From positions 6,817 through 70,816 of IMG/VR virus record IMGVR_UViG_3300013099_000021: a DNA stretch of 64,000 nucleotides. The stretch is one strand, 5' to 3'. Each line of letters starts with the position of its first letter. Position 1 is the first letter of the stretch. This document shows positions 37,415-48,139 of this stretch, in pieces. The position numbers were made by a program, and so were the translations under genes. The DNA comes from a virus. Below the pieces are notes generated by a model. That model was given only the letters and a program-made list of their open reading frames with translations. It made no database searches and was not told where the DNA came from.

Positions 37415-38037
37415 TGCTGTCTGGCTTTATTGTCGTTTACAGTATCCTCTGGTGGCTTCTCCCTCATCAGAGCGATCACCCCATCGATCAGTTGTTTCTC
37501 CTTTCCTGCAGGAATAGATATTGTGGCGAAATCATCCACCGCATCGAACGGCACAATCATCTTCACCAGAACGGAAGTAACCCCATCCGGGACCAGGGCC
37601 ACCTGTAATAAGTGGGAATGGTTCCCGGATCCCGCATTTTGTTCCAGGTAGAAGTTCGGCTTCGTGCTGACCGATCCCACATCCAGGGCATTGAATACCG
37701 CATTGGAATTGGTTTCCCGGTATGCAAACACATTGGTTAAATCATTGCCACACGCCACTTGCAGGATCCCCATACCGTTCGGCAACTGTACCGGTGGATA
37801 AGGTAATGGAACCATATTGTTCGTAATGTTGATGGTATGATTCAGTGCCCATGCGTCCAGGACACTATAATCGCTGTGCATCTTGCCTTCCATATAGGCT
37901 GACATAACAACATCGTTATAGGCCAGTGCAAGTAGGTTGGCTATAACCTCTGGGTGGTACTTGCCCCTTACATCATCCGGGGCATCACCACCGGCTAGGT
38001 GATCCAACACTAATTCGATGAGTGTGATCTTTCTCAT
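37411..38037 (-). CDS. tail ring protein
   Basis: position and size in the ring-gene cluster. Confidence 0.55.
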   Translation of the reverse strand: MRKITLIELVLDHLAGGDAPDDVRGKYHPEVIANLLALAYNDVVMSAYMEGKMHSDYSVLDAWALNHTINITNNMVPLPYPPVQLPNGMGILQVACGNDLTNVFAYRETNSNAVFNALDVGSVSTKPNFYLEQNAGSGNHSHLLQVALVPDGVTSVLVKMIVPFDAVDDFATISIPAGKEKQLIDGVIALMREKPPEDTVNDNKARQQ

Positions 38038-38141
38038 TATTTCCGCTTTTTAGTGGACCTTTTTGGGGTCTTTTTAACTGGGGGTTTTTTCTTTGGAACC
38101 GACCTGACCCTGTGCTTTATTCCTTTTTTAGTACACCCCAT
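38037..38141 (-). CDS. 34-aa very basic peptide (MGCTKKGIKHRVRSVPKKKPPVKKTPKRSTKKRK), not in ORF track
   Basis: ATG 38141, TAA overlapping next ATG (TAATG); fills the gap exactly. Confidence 0.6.
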   Translation of the reverse strand: MGCTKKGIKHRVRSVPKKKPPVKKTPKRSTKKRK

Positions 38142-38143
38142 GA

Positions 38144-38521
38144 CTACCTCCTTTTTTTACGTGAGATTACCTTCCCCTTACGGCTTACATACTTACCGGG
38201 ACCATGACCGGATGCTGGTACTGTCCGGTAGGCTTTCTTTTTGATCTTGGCTTTAGGCTTTGGATTGGCCATAGCTTTCGACCCTTCACGGATCTTCACA
38301 TCAGCGTCCATTGCTTTATACCTGACTCTCTTTGATGGGGACTTGCCTTTGCTTACCTCACGAGAGGAGGCTGCGCTTGCTTTATTCCTCTGCTTCACCC
38401 CTTTTTCAGCCGTTTTTAAACCCTTTTTGTAGGTCTTAGTGGATCCCTTGAGGTACTTTTTTGTTGCTGCAGCCTTAGCCTTAGCTGCTCTCTTAATCGG
38501 TTTACTAGGTTTTGCTCGCAT
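38144..38521 (-). CDS. histone H1-like Lys/Ala/Arg-rich protein
   Basis: KRAAKAKAAATKK... composition. Confidence 0.65.
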   Translation of the reverse strand: MRAKPSKPIKRAAKAKAAATKKYLKGSTKTYKKGLKTAEKGVKQRNKASAASSREVSKGKSPSKRVRYKAMDADVKIREGSKAMANPKPKAKIKKKAYRTVPASGHGPGKYVSRKGKVISRKKRR

Positions 38522-38538
38522 AATATTGAGTTTTATGG

Positions 38539-39237
38539 TTATACTCCCTGTGCTTTGTGCTGTTCAGCATACTGCTCCAACTGCTGTTCACGGATATTTA
38601 TACCGATGTAACCAAGGATCATCATTGTGAGATCCCGATGAAGATGTTTGGGCCATTCATACTCCGTAGGGGATGCCCCTTCGGTGATATATCCCGTTTC
38701 TTGCACATAGTCGAACACTGGGTCCACTGGGTACCTGATGTACGAGAAATCGACCTGTGGTATAGCTGTGGGGTACACGTAGATCCCATCACTACGGATG
38801 AGGCATACGGGATTCTTTACCGTTGGCTCCTTGATGGAGTTCCCAGCCCTATCTGAATATTCATCCTCCGTCATCATCTCAACTGGCTTCCAGATAACTT
38901 TTGCTGCTCCATCCACCTGTCGTTGATAACCGTAGCGCATAGCATCAAACCTGAAATAATTTGCAGGAAAGGCTACAATGCCACTCGCTACGGGCTGTGC
39001 TGCCACTCTTTGCTTCAGGAACCTGGTTTCATCGGTCAACCGTTGAGTAGCATCAAGGTATTGCCGTGAGATAGGTGCGCCCAGTTGATAATCTTCAGGC
39101 AACCCCATCTTCACCTTGAACAGGTCCAGGTTAACAACTACGCATAGCTGCTTGAATCTGTCAGGTGCAATCACATTACCCTCATAGTCCTTATTGGCTA
39201 TGTAATTCACCAATCCCCATTGCTCAAAAAGTGTCAT
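38539..39237 (-). CDS. head-tail adaptor/ring protein
   Basis: VNYIANKDYEGNVIAPDRF, FSYIRYPVDPVF; crAss-like ring protein position. Confidence 0.65.
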   Translation of the reverse strand: MTLFEQWGLVNYIANKDYEGNVIAPDRFKQLCVVVNLDLFKVKMGLPEDYQLGAPISRQYLDATQRLTDETRFLKQRVAAQPVASGIVAFPANYFRFDAMRYGYQRQVDGAAKVIWKPVEMMTEDEYSDRAGNSIKEPTVKNPVCLIRSDGIYVYPTAIPQVDFSYIRYPVDPVFDYVQETGYITEGASPTEYEWPKHLHRDLTMMILGYIGINIREQQLEQYAEQHKAQGV

Positions 39238-39245
39238 AGTTTCTA

Positions 39246-39761
39246 TTATTTTGTGTCATCCACCATCCAAAAGATCAGGTCCATAGTCGGTTGCGGACAT
39301 TTCTCATGTGCTTCCATAAGGGTGAGGGGCACCATGAATGTTTCGTATTCAGAAACATCATCCAGAAACTCCTCATTATACTTTTTCACCTTCGCCTCAT
39401 GCTTCTCGATCTCCTCCTTGAATTTCTTCTCCACCTTGGTCAGGTCCTTACGATAAGCACTTTTCTCATCGTTCTGCCCCTCGATGTCATAGATCATCTG
39501 AATCTCCCCTGGGTTCTTCCCTGGAACTTTCTTCAGTTTAGGCTGACCATTATCATCATTCACACAATGCTTCTTCGCCAATTCCTCCCTCTCCTTGGTA
39601 AACTTCTTCATCTCATCGGATTCGGCAACAGCCTTCTCCATATCATCAATTACCTCCTGCACCAAACGCTTGTTTTTGTTGACAGCATAAGTAACCCTGG
39701 GGTGTTCAAATTTTGCCGATTTTAAGCCTCTCATAAACGCATACAAATCTCTTTTTTTCAT
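39246..39761 (-). CDS. putative tail-fibre assembly chaperone (DUF1617-like)
   Basis: VTYAVNKNKR...EREELAKKH...D.NGQP, downstream of fibre. Confidence 0.45.
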   Translation of the reverse strand: MKKRDLYAFMRGLKSAKFEHPRVTYAVNKNKRLVQEVIDDMEKAVAESDEMKKFTKEREELAKKHCVNDDNGQPKLKKVPGKNPGEIQMIYDIEGQNDEKSAYRKDLTKVEKKFKEEIEKHEAKVKKYNEEFLDDVSEYETFMVPLTLMEAHEKCPQPTMDLIFWMVDDTK

Positions 39762-39796
39762 AGTCTGAATTTTTGTTGATTAATAATATTATAAAG

Positions 39797-42700
39797 TTAC
39801 GAATTTTCTAATTCTAATACTCTGGCTTCAAGGCTCGCAATCCTGCTCTCCTGCGACTCCTGTACTGCATCAACCTCTACCAATGACTTGACGATATATG
39901 GAATAAGTGCCGTATCAGCGTACATCGGAACGTCAACCCCATTCTCATCTACCCGGTGTCTGATTGCTTCGGGAAAGTTTATTTCCAGATCTTCTATTAC
40001 GAACCCAACCAGTTCCGCTGGATCACCTCCTCTGGCTGCGATCTCGTCCTTCTCCCTCTGTGAACGACCAATATAATTGTACCGCTTGGGCTGTGATCTT
40101 ACGTCCCGAAACTTTGCCATTGATGATTCTGTCAATTCACGGATGTTGGCCTTATAATTCCGTGAGGAAACTGCATTGTAAAGCCTGAAACTGGTTGTGT
40201 CGGCAAGGAGCGTTCCGACAGTCGTTCCGTCCCCATCAACACACCATAGGTAAGTATTATCGGAAGTGGTCAAGGTGTCGAGTCCGGCCTGGATATAGAT
40301 GCCATGCGCTCCTACTATATTCCCGTCTGAATAAAGTTTCAATGCGTAATGAGTACCAGAAGCGTTACTGTCATAGATATACAGCTTATCATTGGTGTTT
40401 GGAGCAGCGCCCAGGCCGATATGACCGTTGAGATCTATCTGAAAGTCGGCTGATGTGCTAAAGGCTGTTGATGAATGAATCTGAAACCTGGAAACTGAAT
40501 AGTCGTATCCCATGAAGAACCTGGTCGTGGTATCATTACGAAAACGAATAGTTGAATCAGCGGTGGAGGCTGCTGTAAGATAAATATTCGCTGTTGATGA
40601 TGCAGCGTCAATAGCTAATGATGATGTGGTTGAACCAAATATGGTAAAGCCAGTGGCGGTTTGAGCCGTCCTTGCTGTTGAGGCAAGTGATGTCCCAATG
40701 GCCGACACAAACGCCAATGCGGAATGATCCCATCCGGTTACTGCCTTTGTGGTGGTAACCTGCCTGTAAAAAATTGCTGCGTCAGTTGTCGCTGAATATG
40801 AGGATACAAATGCCGAAGCGGCTCCAATGGAGCTTTTCACATAAAGAGTACCGTCTATTGTAGCTGAGATTCCACATCCAAAGGATCCGTTTACCTCAAG
40901 ATCGTATGCTGGTGAATCCGTTTCAATTCCAAACCTTTTATTGCTTGCATCGTAAAAGAGACCATTATCCGCTACGTTACTTCCAATCCTAATATCATCA
41001 TAGTCTGATACTCCGTCCCAGTAATAAACACCACCCCAAGTGGTTCCTGGGGCCAGTGTTATCCTTTTGGTTCCAGAATAAACATTAACGGAGCCAGTAA
41101 CAGTAAATGCCGATCCATCCCATTTTAAGGAGGATGAATAATCGAAGTTCAGACCGTCAGTCTGCATATAGGGAATGTAGGTTGCAGTACCGAAATCAAC
41201 GGATGTTCCAGCTAATGTAGATACTGCTCTTTTTGTAAGTAATCCTGTGGCATCATCAATAGCAATTACATGATCCTCGGTGTCATCATCGCCTAATCCA
41301 ATCCAATATGAAGCTGTAGCATCAATTTTAATATATCGAGTTGTGGAGTATCCTAGTTCGACAGCTCCTCCAACAGAAACGTGTGCATTTTGATATGACA
41401 TTGTAACATAAGGATCCCCTGTTGAAATACCTACTTTACCCCATACACTTGCGCCTACTTCAACACCCATGTAAAATCCAGTTTGACCCATTACAAACCG
41501 ATAATCATTACTGGAACTATCCTCTAATCGAAAATCATAAGCAGAGGCATCATAGGTAATTACCATGTCCTGAGTAGATGTCCCCCCCAGGCTAACGGCC
41601 CCGCCTGATTCTGTTACTCCTCCTCCGAAAGTGTATCCTGTTCCGGCTCCTGTGAGAAGAGTCCCGTCAGAATAGGCATTACCCGCATAGTCTACATAGA
41701 ACTTTGAGGTGCCTGCGTTTCTTAATTCAAGGAGTTTAGACCCGGCAGTTGATAAGGTATTCTCAGTATCAAACATATACCCTATTGCAGAAGCTCCATC
41801 GGCAACATGGGGGAACATTGATATTCTATCCGTTGCCCCACGCCTATAACGAATTGTTTGGTTAGTAAGACCACCGGCAACAAAGCTCATAGAATCGTAT
41901 AGATCAACCATTATTCCTGCCACATCATAACCAAGATCTGCACCTGTACGACTCATATAAAAAAATGGAGAACTGTATGTACCTGATATTGCACCAAGAC
42001 TACTACTGAAATAATATGGGGCAGTAGTAGTATTTGTTGTGTTAGCACGAATCCCTCCTGATAATCCAAATATATCTGGACCACCGGAAGATGACCCAGT
42101 AAATACATATATGGCAGGATTAGACCCCTGGCCTCCTATGTACATATTACTGGCAGTTCCTACGCCTAGATTAAGAATACCATTACGCCTAAGTGTCATA
42201 CTATTACTAAGAGATCCGCCATCCATGGTAGAAAACTCCATGTAAACCTCTTCATCGGAAGCAGTAATATCTGTCCACTTAAATGCAATCCTACCGACAT
42301 CTTCTATCGCTCCCGCTAAGTTTTCCAAACCAAAATTCACAGCTACACCTAAACCTGTGGCTGCGGTTGTTGAGGTGGTTGTTGTTAGTTTAAGAACATC
42401 TAAGATGGTATTTCCAGCAGCATTATCAGCCGTTAAATACAATGTCTGAGCGGTTGTATCAACATAGAACTGGCTACTTGATTGAATATCACCTGAAGCG
42501 GAACCAAAAACTAAATATTGGTTTGTTGCTGTCCCCCAGGATAGATTTCCACCAGTTCCGTAACTCAGTTTCCCTGTCGAAGGATCGTAAAAAACCACAT
42601 CCGTTTCGGAACCAACTGCTGGAAGATGTCCTGTTCCCCCCGTTCCTAAATAGAAATTACCATACGTGGTATCCCTTTGAAAGTAGACATTCCCTCCGGC

Positions 42701-43183
42701 TGACACTCCGGCCCCTGCTTTCAATGTAATATCGCCTGCCCCTGCTGCGCTGTTTGTTCCGGTGACAATATCGATACTCGCCTTAAAAGCTGAGGCGGGT
42801 GTGTAGATCTGATACGTGGTGGCTGCTGCTGTGAACACAATACCGTTACCGGCACCGATCAATAGGCCCTGTGTGGTGTTGTAGGTTAGGTTTGCTTCTG
42901 CGTTTAACGCATCGGCAACAGCCGTAGCTGTAATGATTCTGTCATTAGCCTGGTTAGCCACCGTAACACCTGTAAGAGTTCCAGGATCGATCCATTTCAG
43001 ACCTGTCGTTTCAATATCATCTCTGGCTAATATGTACCCATCAGTACCTCCAGCTAAAACGGCAGGCACATTAGACCCATCGGCAGACAACAAATCTCCC
43101 TTAGATATATTAACAAACTTCTCTGAATACTCAATCAGAGTAGCGTGTACGTTCTGCGTTAATAATAGATCGTATTGTGCCAT
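39797..43183 (-). CDS. tail fibre/spike with C-terminal S74-type intramolecular chaperone
   Basis: Thr/Gly/Ser-rich beta repeats; SSRNYKANIREL...GFVIEDL..FPEAI...LIPYIVKSLVE plus terminal coiled coil. Confidence 0.8.
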   Translation of the reverse strand: MAQYDLLLTQNVHATLIEYSEKFVNISKGDLLSADGSNVPAVLAGGTDGYILARDDIETTGLKWIDPGTLTGVTVANQANDRIITATAVADALNAEANLTYNTTQGLLIGAGNGIVFTAAATTYQIYTPASAFKASIDIVTGTNSAAGAGDITLKAGAGVSAGGNVYFQRDTTYGNFYLGTGGTGHLPAVGSETDVVFYDPSTGKLSYGTGGNLSWGTATNQYLVFGSASGDIQSSSQFYVDTTAQTLYLTADNAAGNTILDVLKLTTTTSTTAATGLGVAVNFGLENLAGAIEDVGRIAFKWTDITASDEEVYMEFSTMDGGSLSNSMTLRRNGILNLGVGTASNMYIGGQGSNPAIYVFTGSSSGGPDIFGLSGGIRANTTNTTTAPYYFSSSLGAISGTYSSPFFYMSRTGADLGYDVAGIMVDLYDSMSFVAGGLTNQTIRYRRGATDRISMFPHVADGASAIGYMFDTENTLSTAGSKLLELRNAGTSKFYVDYAGNAYSDGTLLTGAGTGYTFGGGVTESGGAVSLGGTSTQDMVITYDASAYDFRLEDSSSNDYRFVMGQTGFYMGVEVGASVWGKVGISTGDPYVTMSYQNAHVSVGGAVELGYSTTRYIKIDATASYWIGLGDDDTEDHVIAIDDATGLLTKRAVSTLAGTSVDFGTATYIPYMQTDGLNFDYSSSLKWDGSAFTVTGSVNVYSGTKRITLAPGTTWGGVYYWDGVSDYDDIRIGSNVADNGLFYDASNKRFGIETDSPAYDLEVNGSFGCGISATIDGTLYVKSSIGAASAFVSSYSATTDAAIFYRQVTTTKAVTGWDHSALAFVSAIGTSLASTARTAQTATGFTIFGSTTSSLAIDAASSTANIYLTAASTADSTIRFRNDTTTRFFMGYDYSVSRFQIHSSTAFSTSADFQIDLNGHIGLGAAPNTNDKLYIYDSNASGTHYALKLYSDGNIVGAHGIYIQAGLDTLTTSDNTYLWCVDGDGTTVGTLLADTTSFRLYNAVSSRNYKANIRELTESSMAKFRDVRSQPKRYNYIGRSQREKDEIAARGGDPAELVGFVIEDLEINFPEAIRHRVDENGVDVPMYADTALIPYIVKSLVEVDAVQESQESRIASLEARVLELENS

Positions 43184-43196
43184 AATTCGCTATTTA

Positions 43197-44318
43197 TTAG
43201 GTCCAATTTGTTGCCAGTGGCGCTCTCCTCCATGTGTCGGTTGCTACACACACATAGATGTAGTCCTCATCATAGGCTATCTGATCAACTGTTCCTGTTG
43301 ATGTTGGGGTGGCCGGTGCTGTCTGCCACAGGATCCCCATCACCTCGGTTGCTGTCAGCGCATCGATATTCCCGGATGTTACCCTTCCAACGATAGTCTG
43401 CTCTGCCACTGTCAACGCCACTGGTGTATTGTCCGTGGTGGCATACAGGATGGTGTGAGCATTAAACGTAGCCTGGGCCACATAGGTCGTTGCTGCGTTT
43501 GCGGTGGTCAGGTAATCGGTGGCTGTCTCATAAGCCATCGTCCCGGGGGCACCCGCACCATCTTTGATTAACGTTCCGGTTGTTCCGTCCCAAATGGCGA
43601 AATATCCGTCAGTGGAACTGGCAGGTCCAGTAACGGCACCATCAATATTGGTTTGGACAATATCCCAGTTCGCTCCAACAGTGGCATGATCACCGGTTGC
43701 TGTGCTGTCGGTGTTACAAAGAAGCCAATCACCTACCTCAACATTCACACCAGACGCTCCACCGATCTTTCCTGCCACACTTACGACATACAGATCCCCT
43801 GCATCGGCAGCCGGATAATCCGGGTTGGTAGAACAATCGATCACACCCTTATAGACCAGGGCGTTGTTGTCACCAAGAATACCGTCCACATAGGTTTTGT
43901 TGGCGAGATCTGATCCTGCGGAAGGGGCGGTTACAACAGTTGCTTTGGCGAAGGTAGCGTCCTTGGCCTCGATGTCAGCGTAGGTCGCTCCACCATTCAC
44001 CTTCACTCCAAACTTGGAAGCACTCTCGGCTGTCAGCTCAATCTGGAAACCATCGTTGTCCAGTTCAAAGGTTAAGGAGGTTGTTCCGGTGTCTGTGTTC
44101 TGAGTGTGACCGGCTGCTATAACCACCCACTTTAAACCGGTTAACTCGGCATCATCACGGACGAGCATATACCCGTCTGTGCCAGCGGCTAAGACAGTGG
44201 GAGTCTGATTCGCTATTGCTGACAGAACATCTCCCTTGGATAGGTTCACAAACTTCTCTGAATATTCTACCAGAGTAGCGTGAACATTTTGGGTTAAAAG
44301 AATATCATACTGAGCCAT
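43197..44318 (-). CDS. tail fibre-associated protein
   Basis: N-term paralogous to 39797-43183; ANKTYVD, YKGVID, C-term YIYVCVATDTWRR. Confidence 0.7.
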   Translation of the reverse strand: MAQYDILLTQNVHATLVEYSEKFVNLSKGDVLSAIANQTPTVLAAGTDGYMLVRDDAELTGLKWVVIAAGHTQNTDTGTTSLTFELDNDGFQIELTAESASKFGVKVNGGATYADIEAKDATFAKATVVTAPSAGSDLANKTYVDGILGDNNALVYKGVIDCSTNPDYPAADAGDLYVVSVAGKIGGASGVNVEVGDWLLCNTDSTATGDHATVGANWDIVQTNIDGAVTGPASSTDGYFAIWDGTTGTLIKDGAGAPGTMAYETATDYLTTANAATTYVAQATFNAHTILYATTDNTPVALTVAEQTIVGRVTSGNIDALTATEVMGILWQTAPATPTSTGTVDQIAYDEDYIYVCVATDTWRRAPLATNWT

Positions 44319-44343
44319 GATTCATGTTTTTATGTTAATTTAT

Positions 44344-47300
44344 CTAAGGACTTTGCAATAATGCCGTTTGTTTCCATACTGCGCTGCCGGCTGATCCAGC
44401 CACAACACAAACGTAAAGGTAATCATCATCTACCGAAAACTCACCAAGCGCACCCGCATCAACTGAGCTTTGTTTGGCACCATAATTTGAATAAAATACA
44501 CATCTAGTTCCGTCTGCAAGGGCATACTGGGGGTGATCATCATCGGCTAACCCCGTCAGGCCACCATGGTCTGTAATTCCACCACCACCTCCCAGTTGGG
44601 GCAGCAACCTTAGTACAGCATAGTCAACCTCAATGTAATGAGAGGTGTTTCCGGCCCCATTGTGATAGATCCTTAATGTGGACTCATTACTACCGTTCAT
44701 ATAGTCAGTATCCAGGGCAATAGGAATATCTATGATCGTAAACGCTGTTTGGTCTGTAAAGGATCCAATGGTGTCCCATCCAAGGGTGTCGTAGTTGTAA
44801 AGCTGAATAAGTACATCATGCGTTGCTCCACCATGGTAATACAGGTATAGGAACACATTGTTGAAATCAGTTACATTGATGTACTCAAACCGGATCTCAA
44901 ACCCTGGATCCCCACTTTCTTCCTCAACTTGTATGACATCACCATCAAGATCCTGCACATCGCTTACCGTTCCGGTGTACCCATCAGAGGTGACTACATC
45001 TAGTACATCCGGTGGGTAAATGTATGTCAGAGCTAGACTGTCCACATAATCCTTTGTGGCGTAGATCTCGGTGTCCAACACCCATGTATCGATGGCTGTC
45101 TTTTTCAGGAAAGAGACTGAGGCGAACCCCAGTGCTGCTATGGCTGTAAGGTCTGCATCAAGTAGTTGATACAACCCTGCATGGTCACCCCATGAATAGG
45201 CATCATCCCAATTTGATGACTTGGTATCATACTCTGTTTTCCATGCTGCAATATCCACTCCATCAACCACTCCGGTAATAATGAGATCCCCGTTCACTTC
45301 AAGATCGCTATCGATCAGGATCCCTGCACCCGTTACAAATGATTTGAGTACCACGTTTCCGGAAGCATCGATCCCAATGTGCCCCTGCTCATCGCCATCG
45401 TTATCCTGGAAGGCAATAAGGTTTATTCCTCCCTCTGGTGTTCCCGGGGCAGATCCTGCGCCTATCTGCTTTATGATCAGTGGCCGGTCTGTTGAGGTGG
45501 CTATGGTGACTTGGCCAGTAAAGGTTCCTCCTGTTACAGGAACAAATGCTGCAGCAACAAATTCTACTGCATCGGCTCCTGGGTTGACGGCAAGGAAATA
45601 TCCAGCGAACCCTGTGTATGTGGAAGGAGTATCCGGTAGGTCAACAAACGCTGTTGTATCTCCGTAGGTAAGCTCTCCGGTAGTCTTGTTGTAATAGATT
45701 ATTGAAGTATTTGTTCCTGTACCTCCGATAGTTGGGAGATAGACTTCATCGTTGATAGTTACTCCTGCTGCTGCGGTAAGTTCTCCTATGGTATCTACAT
45801 GAAAGCCAGTGCTAAGTATGTTTGCGATTAAAGTTCCTGCTACCGTAGTTGTGCTGGATCCAATATAAAATTGAATAGTTGTGGCTGCATTATAACGTGT
45901 ATCGCCTCCTCCAATCTGTAAAAGATTGTTAACAGGCAAAGAAGCTACATAAATGCCTATAATATTTTCTTCCGAATTAGTATAGTGTGGGAATACAAGG
46001 GCTCCATCTTTAAGTGTATTATCTGTCCTTGAAAGATGGTCTGTAAAATCCGACCCCAATAGTATGTCACGCCCATACTGATCCAGGTATACTGCATTAG
46101 CCAGGGTTAGTTTTGAACCATCATACGTAAAGCCTGCTGAATAATCAAAGTCCGATAACCCTGCATTTGTATATGGGATCTGATATTGTGCTGTACCAAA
46201 TGTTATGTTGCCAGTAAGTCCATCAACATAATCCTTATTGACCAGGGATAGACCAGTATAACCGGATGAATAATCCGATGCTTCGACTAATCCATCTACC
46301 GTCACATTATAAATTTTGTTATTGGCAGGTGTTATGCTATCGATCACCTTTAGTTCTACTCCACTCGGTATAACGCTGACACTACCCTCTGTGGTGCCAT
46401 TCCCGGACTTCTGTACAATACCACCCGATGCTGATATGCTTTGGCTGACGGTGTTTCCTGCATCCGTACCGGAGAACAGTACCTCGTTCCCAACCATGTT
46501 GATCGTGGTGGGCTGTGTTATTGTTCCTCCCCAAACGACATTGCCACCCCCCTCTGTGAGCGCATTGGAGAACGTATATGAGCCTCCCACTCCTCCACCG
46601 GTCCATGGTGGGCATGGCACCACTAACTCTGATGTAGATCCTCCGCAGATGCCTGCACCGGTGTATTCGACCTGCTCCTGAATGATATAAGCCTGTTCAT
46701 CGGCCTCTTCTGCATCTCCGGACCAGTATGCCTCATTGAGGAGGTGCCAGGCAGTATTGACAATCACCAGGCGTTTTTGATATGCTTCCTGATTGTTGAG
46801 GTTGCAGGCCATCGCCTCACGGTAATATGTGAGCATGGTGTCTATGGCATCATACATCGCTCCAATACAGCCTCCGTACACACAATGGGTAAACTCCCCC
46901 TCACCTTCCCAGTAGATCCTGAGTAGATCTGGGTTGCGATACTCGACAAAGGAGTTGATAAGTATGGCCCACTCATTCGTGTAGATGGGTGTGACCTGTA
47001 CCTGGGCGTTTGAACTGACCACATCCGGAGGTGGAACGGCCAGTTGTGTTGGGTACTGTATCCTATGCTCACGTATGATCTGGTGAACATTGGGTCCATA
47101 CTCTGTCGTGTCTGTTGAGGTTAGAACACCGGTATATGGCCCGGAAGTGGTTGTATTGGCAATCGTGGCCGGATCCAGGATGTACTGGTATGTTTTCAGG
47201 AAATTGTAATACTCATCCAGGGTGGAATTATACCAGGCAATTTTCAGCGTATAATTCCCTTTCAGAATATTCGCATAGTCTGTCAGTGGATCCAGGGGCA

Positions 47301-47595
47301 GGGTAATCGTTTTGTTGAGGTATCTACTGGTGGCAGGAACAATGTCCGGATCTCCAAAATCCTCGTTCCGGTAGATCTCTCCCTCCGGGCCGATTAGTAT
47401 GATCGTGGCCACGGCATCGTTAATATTCCATCCCAGTACACCGTAATCCAGGTTGTCCTGAACGATGATGATCGGGTGGTCTGGTCTTAGATCGATGGTA
47501 AAAACAGCATCCCCGGCTGCCTGTGCTGCATTGACCAGTACACCAGACGTTCCAAACGAACTGTTAATGGTACCTGATATGTTTAATATTGCCAT
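44344..47595 (-). CDS. tail fibre/hub structural protein
   Basis: fibre motifs NKDYVD, DADLTAIAAL, DHGGLTGLADDDHPQY, C-term YLYVCV. Confidence 0.7.
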   Translation of the reverse strand: MAILNISGTINSSFGTSGVLVNAAQAAGDAVFTIDLRPDHPIIIVQDNLDYGVLGWNINDAVATIILIGPEGEIYRNEDFGDPDIVPATSRYLNKTITLPLDPLTDYANILKGNYTLKIAWYNSTLDEYYNFLKTYQYILDPATIANTTTSGPYTGVLTSTDTTEYGPNVHQIIREHRIQYPTQLAVPPPDVVSSNAQVQVTPIYTNEWAILINSFVEYRNPDLLRIYWEGEGEFTHCVYGGCIGAMYDAIDTMLTYYREAMACNLNNQEAYQKRLVIVNTAWHLLNEAYWSGDAEEADEQAYIIQEQVEYTGAGICGGSTSELVVPCPPWTGGGVGGSYTFSNALTEGGGNVVWGGTITQPTTINMVGNEVLFSGTDAGNTVSQSISASGGIVQKSGNGTTEGSVSVIPSGVELKVIDSITPANNKIYNVTVDGLVEASDYSSGYTGLSLVNKDYVDGLTGNITFGTAQYQIPYTNAGLSDFDYSAGFTYDGSKLTLANAVYLDQYGRDILLGSDFTDHLSRTDNTLKDGALVFPHYTNSEENIIGIYVASLPVNNLLQIGGGDTRYNAATTIQFYIGSSTTTVAGTLIANILSTGFHVDTIGELTAAAGVTINDEVYLPTIGGTGTNTSIIYYNKTTGELTYGDTTAFVDLPDTPSTYTGFAGYFLAVNPGADAVEFVAAAFVPVTGGTFTGQVTIATSTDRPLIIKQIGAGSAPGTPEGGINLIAFQDNDGDEQGHIGIDASGNVVLKSFVTGAGILIDSDLEVNGDLIITGVVDGVDIAAWKTEYDTKSSNWDDAYSWGDHAGLYQLLDADLTAIAALGFASVSFLKKTAIDTWVLDTEIYATKDYVDSLALTYIYPPDVLDVVTSDGYTGTVSDVQDLDGDVIQVEEESGDPGFEIRFEYINVTDFNNVFLYLYYHGGATHDVLIQLYNYDTLGWDTIGSFTDQTAFTIIDIPIALDTDYMNGSNESTLRIYHNGAGNTSHYIEVDYAVLRLLPQLGGGGGITDHGGLTGLADDDHPQYALADGTRCVFYSNYGAKQSSVDAGALGEFSVDDDYLYVCVVAGSAGSAVWKQTALLQSP

Positions 47596-47596
47596 G

Positions 47597-48139
47597 TTAG
47601 TTCATTTTAACCGCCAACTGATTATAGTTAAACTGGGCCTGATCGCCAGTGTTTATATCAACCGGTGACGGAAGTTCTTTTTTGAATAACATATTTCCAT
47701 CTATCAACGAATCCATAATAGCAAAATGAGTGACCGTTACAAGCGGATCGTCATTCGGCTGCCATGTGGCAACGGGAATGTTCTTCGCTCCTTCATCTTT
47801 GTACTCCCATCCTGACAGCCCTCTCACGATGGGAACCCGGGTATAGCCATCGTAGGCCGCCTCCACGTTCTGATCTCCACTTTCGCCCGGATCCCCAGTG
47901 AGCAATGCGATGTACAGGTTCCCTTCAATGTCGGAACCTTTCAGTCCATTCTGATCACCTAAACCCACAAGATCTTCATTCATAAACAACAACTCAATAA
48001 CTGCCTGTTCCATATAGTCGGTGGCATCATCAGCACCAATGCCTCCACCCGTACCTGTGTTAGGGCTTCCTAGCAACTCCCGGATCGTTCCGGATGAAAG
48101 TGTAGACGCTATTAATATTTGTTCTCTTACCGTTCCCAT
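47597..48139 (-). CDS. small virion structural protein
   Basis: LYIALLTGDPGE..EAAYDGYTRV..VTHFAI..GNMLF; paralog of 52730-53164. Confidence 0.65.
   Translation of the reverse strand: MGTVREQILIASTLSSGTIRELLGSPNTGTGGGIGADDATDYMEQAVIELLFMNEDLVGLGDQNGLKGSDIEGNLYIALLTGDPGESGDQNVEAAYDGYTRVPIVRGLSGWEYKDEGAKNIPVATWQPNDDPLVTVTHFAIMDSLIDGNMLFKKELPSPVDINTGDQAQFNYNQLAVKMN

Noticed and set aside
39797-47595. Diversity-generating retroelement acting on fibres
   Set aside because: No reverse transcriptase and no adenine-specific TR/VR pair seen; shared segments are ordinary paralogous modules
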